A stretch of DNA of 60,017 nucleotides from Octopus bimaculoides. Lineage: Eukaryota. The notes under the pieces were generated by a model. The model had not been told where the DNA came from and searched no databases. It saw nothing but the letters and a program-made list of their open reading frames with translations. Shown piece after piece: positions 50,175-60,017 of the stretch. Location: contig NC_068981.1 in the NCBI RefSeq assembly GCF_001194135.2, positions 110,289,879 to 110,349,895 on the forward strand, written 5' to 3'. The translations under genes were made by a program, and so were the position numbers. Position 1 is the stretch's first letter. Each line of letters starts with the position of its first letter.

Positions 50175-52189
50175 GCTTTATAAAGGAAGTAACCATCTAA
50201 AATGATGTAACTCAGGTCAGCCATTTGATAAATGGAGTTAATATAATTGACTAGAACTTTTAAATATAGGCGCTCTAGCATGGTCGCAGTATAACTGAAA
50301 TCAGTAAAAGAATAAAAGGTATAATAGAGTCTTATTTAACTGTAAAAGAATTCAGGTTGCAGCATAAATTTTTATTATATAAAAAATCATTAATGTTAGC
50401 CAAATAATTTTATGAGCATTAATCTCATGCTTAATACAACCCATTACTTTCATTGTTGCTCCTGGTATAAAATTTTGCTTTAATATATAAGGAGTACTAC
50501 ATTACATGATGATAGAAATATATGATAAAGTTGAATGAAGAATTTAAGAAATAGCAGAAGAGAGACATGTTCCTTTGTAATTGTCGACTAGCAGTAGTGT
50601 CTCAATTCTGATTAAAAGCTGCCCAGTAATGACTGACTTTTTCTTTTTACAGGCACCATATATTTAACATTATTTTGCCTCTTATCATTTCAGGGTCAAT
50701 AAATTAAGTACCAATTATACACACTGGGGTCGATGTAATTGACTAGCTCCTTCCCACAAAATTTCAGGTCTTGTGCCTATAGTAGAAAGGATTATATTAG
50801 CCAGTATAGTTTTCATTTGTTTCTTCACTTTTACATATGTTTTACCATATGTAGTAGATGAATACATTACTGAGACATTGTTTTACCACTGGATACCCAT
50901 ACCTGGTTTTTTGAGTAAGAGATCTTTTATTTTAAGTGATTTCAAAAGCATGTAGTGAGCAGACAATTTATTGATAGAAGTACTAACAAGCACGTATATA
51001 TGTAAACAAATATACACATGTACATACATATATATGATGGACTTTTTCCTCAGTTTCTATCAATCAAATCCACTCACAAGGCTTTGGTTGGTTTGGGACT
51101 GTAGCAGAAAATACTAGCACAAGATACTGTGTAAAGGTACTAAACCCAAAACCATGTGATTAGGAAATGAACTTTTCAACCAGACAGCTATGGTTGCATA
51201 TAATTTTTGAGATAGTAGGATATGATTTAAGAGGAACTTGGCTGCTTTTTCTGGCAGGTCAACTGACCAGCAGGGTAGTGAGAATTGCTGTTAATGATTG
51301 GCAGAAAAATAAAACAGAATTAAAGAGAAAATAAAACTATGTGGAATATTTTAAAAAGTAAATATCAATTTTTCATTTAGGCACAAAAGCAGCGGATCTT
51401 TTCTCTTTGAACGGCACATCAAGAAATTAATTTTTTGTAATTAAACACTTTCAAATTTTGGACACTGGTAGAATGTGTCATATAAAATATCTAAAACCCT
51501 AACTCTAACCCCCTAAAGCTAAAACCAGTACAAACGCACAAACAATGTCATAAATAACAGTGACAAACAAAATATACACATCAATAATAAGTCATTTTAA
51601 CCGAATGTGATTACTGCATATATGATGAAGGGAATGCTGGTACGTTATTCTAAAATAAAAACGTTAATATAACGTCAAAAGCAATTTATAGAAAGAGAAG
51701 GGGGAAGAAGAAAGAAATTAACAGAAAATTGAAGGTGGAGAAATATAGTGCGATAGATGAATAGGAATAAAGATTAAAGTCATAAAACTAGATATATTTA
51801 GTGGGAGTGAAATGTAAGAAGACAGTTAAAGCTCAAATTCTACAGACTGGTAGAAATCACTTATATGAACTAAAGGTATATTTTTGCTAATGTTTGCAAT
51901 GATAAGTGCATTCTTTAAACGTGTTAATAAGAGGATTCTCTGAGAACAGGATGAAATGAAGTTCATAGTTACAGAGCGAGCAAAAAGATTTACCTTTATC
52001 ATATGGAAATGATTTAGATAGAATATCCCATTCCAAATCAAATTGATGAGAAGATTGCATTGTTTTTCATCATTTTATTCCTTCTGGAATAATACCAATA
52101 TTTTCTTTGAAACATATGTCGGAATTATAAAGATTTGAATAACACCTGCATTTAACTCCATCTATTTATTTATCTATGTTATATATATA

Positions 52190-53042
52190 NNNNNNNNNNN
52201 NNNNNNNNNNNNNNNNNNNNNNNNNNNNNNNNNNNNNNNNNNNNNNNNNNNNNNNNNNNNNNNNNNNNNNNNNNNNNNNNNNNNNNNNNNNNNNNNNNNN
52301 NNNNNNNNNNNNNNNNNNNNNNNNNNNNNNNNNNNNNNNNNNNNNNNNNNNNNNNNNNNNNNNNNNNNNNNNNNNNNNNNNNNNNNNNNNNNNNNNNNNN
52401 NNNNNNNNNNNNNNNNNNNNNNNNNNNNNNNNNNNNNNNNNNNNNNNNNNNNNNNNNNNNNNNNNNNNNNNNNNNNNNNNNNNNNNNNNNNNNNNNNNNN
52501 NNNNNNNNNNNNNNNNNNNNNNNNNNNNNNNNNNNNNNNNNNNNNNNNNNNNNNNNNNNNNNNNNNNNNNNNNNNNNNNNNNNNNNNNNNNNNNNNNNNN
52601 NNNNNNNNNNNNNNNNNNNNNNNNNNNNNNNNNNNNNNNNNNNNNNNNNNNNNNNNNNNNNNNNNNNNNNNNNNNNNNNNNNNNNNNNNNNNNNNNNNNN
52701 NNNNNNNNNNNNNNNNNNNNNNNNNNNNNNNNNNNNNNNNNNNNNNNNNNNNNNNNNNNNNNNNNNNNNNNNNNNNNNNNNNNNNNNNNNNNNNNNNNNN
52801 NNNNNNNNNNNNNNNNNNNNNNNNNNNNNNNNNNNNNNNNNNNNNNNNNNNNNNNNNNNNNNNNNNNNNNNNNNNNNNNNNNNNNNNNNNNNNNNNNNNN
52901 NNNNNNNNNNNNNNNNNNNNNNNNNNNNNNNNNNNNNNNNNNNNNNNNNNNNNNNNNNNNNNNNNNNNNNNNNNNNNNNNNNNNNNNNNNNNNNNNNNNN
53001 NNNNNNNNNNNNNNNNNNNNNNNNNNNNNNNNNNNNNNNNNN
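52190..53042. other. Largest assembly gap (N run)
   Basis: 853 consecutive N flanked by TA repeats. Smaller gaps lie near 1095, 3353, 9931, 12372, 16602 and 18961, most beside (TA)n. Confidence 1.
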
Positions 53043-53048
53043 ATATAA

Positions 53049-53345
53049 ATAAAGTTGTTGTATATTGTCAACTTAATGTGACAATCCCAATAAGGGAATA
53101 TACTACTGCTGTTTAGCCCTAGGAAGCTGGACCGCTTCCTGTCGGCCTTGACACATTTACTGTGTCCTTATGTTTGCGAGGGGGAGACAAACTCCTCCAC
53201 CCAGCCTAGCCAGCATTCAGGGACATGTTTCTGAGAAATGTGTCAAGGCCGACAGGAAGCGGTCCAGCTTCCTAGAGCTAAACAGCAGTAGTATATTCCC
53301 TTATTAGGATTGTCACATTAAGTTGACAATATGCAACAACTTTAT
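53049..53345. repeat. Foldback element with 110-bp inverted arms and a 77-bp spacer
   Basis: 53049-53158 is the reverse complement of 53236-53345 with about 3 mismatches. Confidence 0.95.
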
Positions 53346-55352
53346 CACATCACTACTGCTTAAATCTCTCTGAGAGATTTAGAAATGTGTTATTTATATA
53401 TATATATATATATATGTTTGTATGTACATATATATTTGTGTGTGTCTTTGTGTCTGTGTTTATCTTTCACCCACCCCCAACTATTGTTTGACAACAGATG
53501 CTGGTGTGTTTATGTCCTTGTAACATAGCGGTTCAGCAAAAGAGATTGATAGGATAAGTAATAGGCTTACAAAAAATATGTCCTGGGGTCAATTTCTTCA
53601 ACTAAAACCCTTTAAGGTGGTGCTCTAGATTGGCTGCAGTCAAATGACTGAAACAATAATGGAATAAAAGAGTATAGCCCCAACTTGACCAAAGCCTTCT
53701 GAGTGGATTTGGTAGAAACTAAAAGAAGCCTGTTGATGTGTGTGTGTACTCATGCCTTGACATGACATGGTAGTTATAAATGAGTGCCATGATCAAAAAA
53801 TAATGTTGTCAACTTCAACTCTTCTGTGAAAAACAGGCCTGGGCATGGAATACATTACCTTACTTGGAAACACATGATTGTTAGCAGCAGGAAGAGCATC
53901 TAACCAAAGAATATCTCTCTTGACAAATTCCAACAGAACTATGCAAGCATGGAAAAGTATATGTTAAATGATGATGATGATGTTACACCTTGCTCTTCAA
54001 GATATCCCCTTCATCAGCTCTTGAGGTGGGGGATGCAACAATTTCTCAGTCTTCCAGCATGTGTGCATATACATGACAGGCTTCTGTACAGTTTTCAAAT
54101 ACCATATTCTGCTCACATGTCAGCAATTGCTCAAAATATATGATGTAAGGTCAAACTTGAAACCAGATGTCTACAAAACAAACTTGTTAACAATTAATTC
54201 ATTTTGATAAACTTTTTTATTCCTATTTTATTTTAAAATATATAGATATATGCTGCTCTCAGTTATCATTAGGTTTGTTGCAAATTATTTATTTGTTCTG
54301 TATGTTCAATTGATATAGCAAAACCATTCTGGACCAATTTTAATGTAAGGGATTATCTATAAATGCTAGTAAAAGAAAGGCTTCTTCCAGACCTACTGTT
54401 AAAATCATGTTGAGCATGAGGGTAACATTTTAACTCTGTTTTCCAGCATTTAAATTTGGGTCACATTCTATACATGATTGCATGGCACATGCATAGTAAA
54501 TACAGAATATCTCACTGGCTGCCTGTTAAAAAAAAATCTCTTAATATTTATCTCCTAGAAAATCTGTTAGATAGATTTATAATCTGTTTTAACATCAAAA
54601 CACTTTCATCAGTATTCTCTCTTTCTCTCTCCTTAATATTAAGAAATATTTCAGATAGATAGAGAAAGCGAGAAAGAGAGAGAGAGAGATGTTAGATACC
54701 ATTGGTTTAATCATTCTTTGATGTTTTTGACATGCTTATTTCTCTGCGTCTGCTCGATGTTATCAACAACAAGATTATTGATTAAGAACTAAATACCTTT
54801 GAATCTTCCTCCATCTGCTTATCCTGACCAAAGTAAACTCTTTTTACAACCACTATAATTTTTAAACATGCATTTAGATAGTATTTCTGCACTCAGCAAT
54901 TGAACTTGTGTTAGTGTGTGCATTGAACTTTCCACTGTGTTTATTCAGTGTAGGTATTGTGATTTGTTACACAATATTTCATAGCATACAGACATTATAT
55001 ATTTTGCAGCCCTGTGTTTCAAGGGTTTTGACAGTTGGTTGAAGATATATATTTTTGGAGATTTCTAATTAGCAGTGAAGAAAAGTTCGATAAATATATG
55101 TATATTTCATTGTAGGCTGCTGTATGTGTTTTTCATATAAGAAACTAAAAATAAGAGAACAAATGAAAGTGCCAGTAATAATAAGTAAAATATATATATA
55201 CTTTTAACATTAAAACATTACAATTCTTCCCAATGCCAGTCTCTTTCAATTCTCTGTTACCTGTGTAAATATAGGTATATGTGGGTGTGTGTGTGCATGA
55301 GGCTGTATTTATATGTGCGTATTTCTTGCCCACTCATTTCTTTTAATGTATG

Positions 55353-56929
55353 TGAGGGTCAGCTGAAAAGTTCATAGGCTGACATTCTCATGGAATATGA
55401 CCAAATGAGGTTTATTTTTCACCATAGTCCCCCTTGCAGTTCACATACTTCTTTCATCAGTGTTGCAGTGCTTGGATCCCATTGGTGAACAAACTTTCAT
55501 CCTGTTGGTCAAACAAGTCATCAACAGCAGATATGATGTCATCATCACTGCAATACTGGTTCCAAACCAAGTATTTTTCAGATTAGGGAACAGATGATTG
55601 TCATATGGGGCCAAATCAGGAGAATAAGGAGGATGATCAACCAGTTCAAAGCTACAGTCATGCACAGCAGTGATTGAAACCAGCGACTTGTGTGCTGGAG
55701 CATTGTCCTTTTCATCAGACTTCCTGGGTATTTGGTCTTCATAGCTTTTTGACATAGAACTTTCCATTGATGGTTTGGCCCTTTTGAAAATAGTCAATAT
55801 GCACAATCCCTTTTGCATCCCAAAAAAGAGGCCATCTCTTTTATTCTTTTACATGTTTCTGTTATTTCATTGCAGCCACACTGGAGCACCACCTCAAAAG
55901 GTTTTAGTTGAAGAAATCGACCCCAGGACTTATTCTTTTTAAGATCTGCTAACTTATGGGGACCTAAATACACCAACATTGGTTGTCAACCGATGAGGTG
56001 TGGTGGGTGGGGGTCAAACACAGACACAGACACACATAAATACACACACACATATATGACAGGCTTCTTTCAGGTTTCATCTACGAAATCCACTCACAAG
56101 TCTTTGGTTGGGCCAGGGCTATAGAAATAAGACACTTGCATAAAGTGCTATGCAGTAGGACTGAACCTGGAACTATATGGTTGGGAAGCAAGCTCCTTAC
56201 CACACAGTCAAGCAGATGAAACGTCCTTGGCCTTTTTTAGAGCAGGTGAGGAGGGTATTTCCACTGCATGGCTTGATCTTTGTCTCTGGCTCAAAGTGAT
56301 GAAGCCAACACTCATTTTGGTTTTGGAAACATTCAAGGAAACCAGCTGGATCTGCCTCAGACAATGTCAGGCTTTCCAGCCTGATACACTTTTGATCAGG
56401 TGTCATAAGACATGGCACCGACCGAGCACAAACCATTGTCATGCCAAGTCTGTTGTGCAAGATATTCTCAACTCTCTCATGAGATATGCTAAAAGCATTA
56501 GCTATTTGCTTTATAGTCAATCACCATATGGTGAACATGCTTGATGTTTTCTTTGGTGGTGGCAGTTGCAAGATGTCCAGACCTTGGGTCATCATCAAAA
56601 CTCTCTTCTAATTCAGCTGCCCACTTTTGCACTGTTGATAAAGCTGGAGTGTCATCTCCTAATGTAGCAACCATGTCAGCATGAATGTTCTTGGGGTCTA
56701 AACCCTTTTTCTGCAGTTATTTGATGACATCATGGTGCCAAATTTTGTCAGTTTTCAAGAGAAGTCACTATTAGTTAGTTTTGGAGGTCTTCTTTGAACA
56801 TTCAGATGCCAGTTTACCTGAAAGAAACAGTGTAGTTATTGATAAGAGTTGAAATTAATGCATGCAAGATTTCTTACCTCTAGTATCATTCTTTCATAAT
56901 CAGCCTATGGACTTTTCAGCCCGTCCTTG
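55353..56929 (-). mobile_element. Degenerate mariner transposon (DD34D) interrupted by a SINE
   Basis: TIRs GAGGGTCAGCTGAAAAGTTCATAGGCTGAC and (reverse complement) CAAGGACGGGCTGAAAAGTCCATAGGCTGAT. ORFs contain DNAPAHKS...HPPYSPDLAPYD (34 residues between the Ds) and NECWLHHFEPETK. Confidence 0.9.
55838..56210 (-). mobile_element. tRNA-headed SINE nested in the mariner transposase
   Basis: Minus strand head TGACTGTGTGGTAAGGAGCTTGCTTCCC...GGTTCAGTCC and tail GGTGCTCCAGTGTGGCTGCA...GTAAAAGAATAAAAGA. Separates KKAKDVSS from MASF(F)WDAKG. Confidence 0.8.
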
Positions 56930-57019
56930 TATTTAAATACACACACACGTGTGTATGTACCTTTATTTATACCTATTTGTGTGTGTGTGTGTGATTCTCT
57001 ATCATAAAAAGGATGCTGT

Positions 57020-57400
57020 TGAGAATTCAGTCCAAATAGACAGAACATGTTTGAATTCAAGATGGTCACATTCCAAAACGTTTTTTGTATGGCCAACAAG
57101 TAAAGGAAGACTCCTGCCAATGTATAAACATATGTTGAAGCAGTCACTAAAATCCCTACAACTTAATGTAGTATCTGGAGTAAGCTATTGCCTAGGTTGA
57201 TCTATACTGCCAAATTTGTCGTGATGCAATTTGAGGTGAAGAAACAGAACAATAAAAGAACTTTATCCTGTAGTCTACAGACACGTATGTCCAATCCCTA
57301 GTAAAATCAAAATCATCATTGTTCCCATTGTGACTTAATAGCAAAATCCAAACCTGGACTCAAATTACATCCACGCTCCCATCACATATAGGTGCGAACC
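57020..57400 (+). mobile_element. BovB-like RTE LINE 3' fragment with terminal C2H2 finger
   Basis: Hand translation across frameshifts: QDGHIPKRFLYGQQVKG, YKHMLKQSLKSLQL, QFEVKKQ and CSHCDLIAKSKPGLKLHPRSH (C-x2-C-x12-H-x3-H). Confidence 0.75.
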
Positions 57401-57974
57401 TCTTTCTTTTCTTTTTTTTCATTTAAAAAAAAATGTCCGTTTTTTGTTTTAATCCTTTCTTTTAAATACTCATACATCATAATTAATTGGAGTGACCATC
57501 ATATATGTGTGTGTATTAAGGGGTTTTTTTTTTAGTGGGTGGGTATTGATAACTGGCAGAAGTTACAGAGTGATTAGGGCTTGAAAATTTCATGCATTGG
57601 TACTTATGAAACTGGTTTCAAACCAAGGGCTCTATATATTGATGTGGTGGTGATAAGGTCATTTTCCTGGATTGTTCTGTAACAAATTATGAAAACAGTT
57701 AAAATGTCACATGGATAATGCTTATTTTTCAGAATGTTTGCTCATTATGCTATTCAATAACTAAATAAGGGAATTTAAAAATATGTATACATAGTTACAC
57801 AGACATAACCAGTAAGCAATACATACATGCATAGACATGTGTATATAAAACATGCTTAGACATATGTATATAAAACATAAAAACAAGAGAATACATATAT
57901 CTGCACCGATGTAAAAATGCATGTGTACTTGTGTATGTATACTTTTGTTTCTCTGTATTATTTATACATATTTC

Positions 57975-59683
57975 ATCATCATCATCATTTAATTAATGTC
58001 TCTTGTCCATGCTGGCGTAGGTTGGATGCTTTGACCAGAGCTGGCAAGCTTGAAGGCTGCACCAGACTCCAGTCTAATTTGACATGATTTTTATGGCTGG
58101 ATGCCCTTCCTAATGCCAACCACTCCAAGAGTGTAATGAGTGCTTTTACGTACCAGTGGCATGGGGTCCATTTGCATGACACCAGTATCACCCACGACTG
58201 TGATTTTACTTGGCCCGATGGGTCTTCTTCTCACACACAGCATAATGCCAAAGGTCACGGTCATTTGTCATTGCCCCCATGAGGTTCAGTACGCAAAAGG
58301 TGCTTTTCATGTGCCACCAACATCGGCCACCTTGCTTCCATGAGGCCCAACACTCAAAAGGTGTTTCTTACGTGCCAGTTAAGTGACATCAGCATTGACC
58401 ACGACTATGATTTGGCTTGGCTTCTCAAGCACAGTATATCGCCAAAGATGTCAGTCACCAGTCATTACCTCTGTGAGGCCCAAAGTTCAAAAATCATGCT
58501 TCGCCACTTTGTCCCGTATCTTCCTGGGTCTACTCCTACCACAGGTTCCCTCCACAATTAGAGACTGGCACTTCTTTACACAGCTGTCCTTGTCCATATG
58601 CATCACATGACCATACCAGTGCAGTCGTCTCTCTTGTGCACCACATCTGATGCCTCTTATGCCTAACTTTTCTCTCAAGATGCTTACACTCTGTCAAACA
58701 TGCACACTGACATTGCACATCCAACAAAGCATACCGGCTTCATTTCTTTCGAGTCTACGCAAGTCCTCGACTGTCACAGCCCATGTTTCACTGCCATGTA
58801 GCATAGCTGTTTGCACATATGTATCATACAATCTGCCTTTCACTCTGAAGGAGAGGCCCTTTGTTGCCAGCAGAGGTAGGAGTTCTCTGAACTTTTCCCT
58901 ACCTTCTCACAGCTATGCTCTCAGAGCATCCACCACCACTACTAACTTGGTCACCTAGATAATGGAAGCTATTTACTACCTCTAGCTTACCCAACTGGCA
59001 GTTGATGGAGTCTATTTTCTGCACATTTTCAGCTTTTATTGTACCTGTGCATCTTCTACATATAAAAGCTAGTTTCCCTGTTAACCTTCCTCTGATATTG
59101 CTGCACCTTTTATATGCCAACCAGGTACATCTTATGGAGTTTCTACCTACACCCTTTCTACAGATCAAGCAGGGCCATCTACCTAAAAGGATTTGTGATT
59201 TGTCTGCCTGCCTACTTACTCAGACTTTGGGTTTTGCTAGGTTAACTCTAAGGCCCTCCAATTCTAGACCTTGCTTCTATACCTGAAATTTCTTCTCTAG
59301 TTCTGGTTGTGAGTCAGCTATAAGAACAAGGTCATCAGCATAGAGGAGCTCCCAGGGGCAGTCTGTCTTAAATTCCTCCATATTGCCCAAAAGACTAGAT
59401 GAACAAGAGGGAAGCTGAGGACTGATCCTTGGTGAACCCCAACTTGTACCCCAACTTGTACCCTGAATTCTTGGCTGTACTCATTGCCACCCTCACCTTA
59501 CTGACAGCGTCCCTGTACATGGCTTGTACAGCTTTTACCAACCACTTGTCTATCCCTAGTTTTCACACTGACCACCAGATGAGGGATTAGAGGATCCTGC
59601 CAAAGGCTTTCTCCAAGTCAACAGTACAGAGGTTTGTCTCTGGCTATGAATTTCTCCTGCAGCTGCTTTACAAGAAATATAGC
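57975..59683 (-). mobile_element. 5'-truncated degenerate RTE LINE, RT to (GAT)n tail
   Basis: Tail TCATCATCATCAT at about 57975. ORFs 58487-58678, 58899-59168 and 59618-59920 (FLVKQLQEKFIARDKPLY). YADD region near 59330-59345. Confidence 0.9.
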
Positions 59684-60017
59684 AAAGACCAATTCTATGA
59701 CACCCTCTTGCAAACTACGTCGTCGACGAGTGACAGGGACCTTCTCTTTGTGGCTGGAGACTTCAATGGTCATGTTGGACGTCGTGCTGGAGGCTTCCAT
59801 GGCATACATGGAGGCTATGGCTTCGGTTCCCGCAACGAGGAGGGAACCAGACTGCTGGAGTTCTGTGATGCAACCGATCTTATGGTCTGCAATACCAACT
59901 TCAGGAAACCTGCCAGTCACCTAGTCACCTACCGCTCCGGCAGACACTCTAGCCAAATCAACTACATCCTCGCCAGAAATAGGGAAAGAGCGCGGCTTAT
60001 AAATGCCAAAACCTACC
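59684..60017 (+). mobile_element. RTE LINE apurinic-endonuclease (APE) fragment, open frame running off the window
   Basis: KDQFYDTLLQTTSSTSDRDLLFVAGDFNGHVGRRAGGFHGIHGGYGFGSRNEEGTRLLEFCDATDLMVCNTNFRKPASHLVTYRSG..QINYIL with no stops and CpGs retained. Confidence 0.92.

Noticed and set aside
52166-53071. Long ORFs of 290-301 aa, and similar X-rich ORFs near 3229-3624, 12138-12533, 16441-16900 and 18632-19418
   Set aside because: They are artefacts of translating N gaps and microsatellites.
53990-54025. Minus-strand CTGATGA with a short hairpin, and a similar CTGAAGA near 33115
   Set aside because: No GAAA at the right position and no helix I or III, so not hammerheads.

Overview
AT-rich, repeat-dense eukaryotic DNA with microsatellites and N gaps. 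The repeat families suggest an octopus genome (inference). The only host gene I can support is a heparan sulfate 2-O-sulfotransferase (HS2ST) on the + strand, with two internal exons (27898-28068 and 35535-35620) in otherwise intronic or flanking DNA. The rest is mostly decayed mobile DNA: many fragments of an RTE-clade LINE with a PHD-type finger in ORF2 and a (GAT)n tail, BovB-like RTE fragments, an R4/Dong-type RLE retrotransposon, a Penelope-like GIY-YIG fragment, tRNA-headed SINEs, near-full-length maT (DD37D), mariner (DD34D) and hAT-Buster transposons, and Helitron-like and piggyBac-like pieces. The most interesting signal is not in the ORF track: at least five distinct families of minimal type I hammerhead ribozyme (HHR) motifs, read by hand. 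Each has a CUGANGA/GAAA/NUH core and a self-complementary helix III (the dimer-type architecture known from Penelope repeats and retrozymes). They sit in tandem, foldback or direct-repeat contexts. Repeat boundaries are approximate, and no alignment, folding or database search was run.
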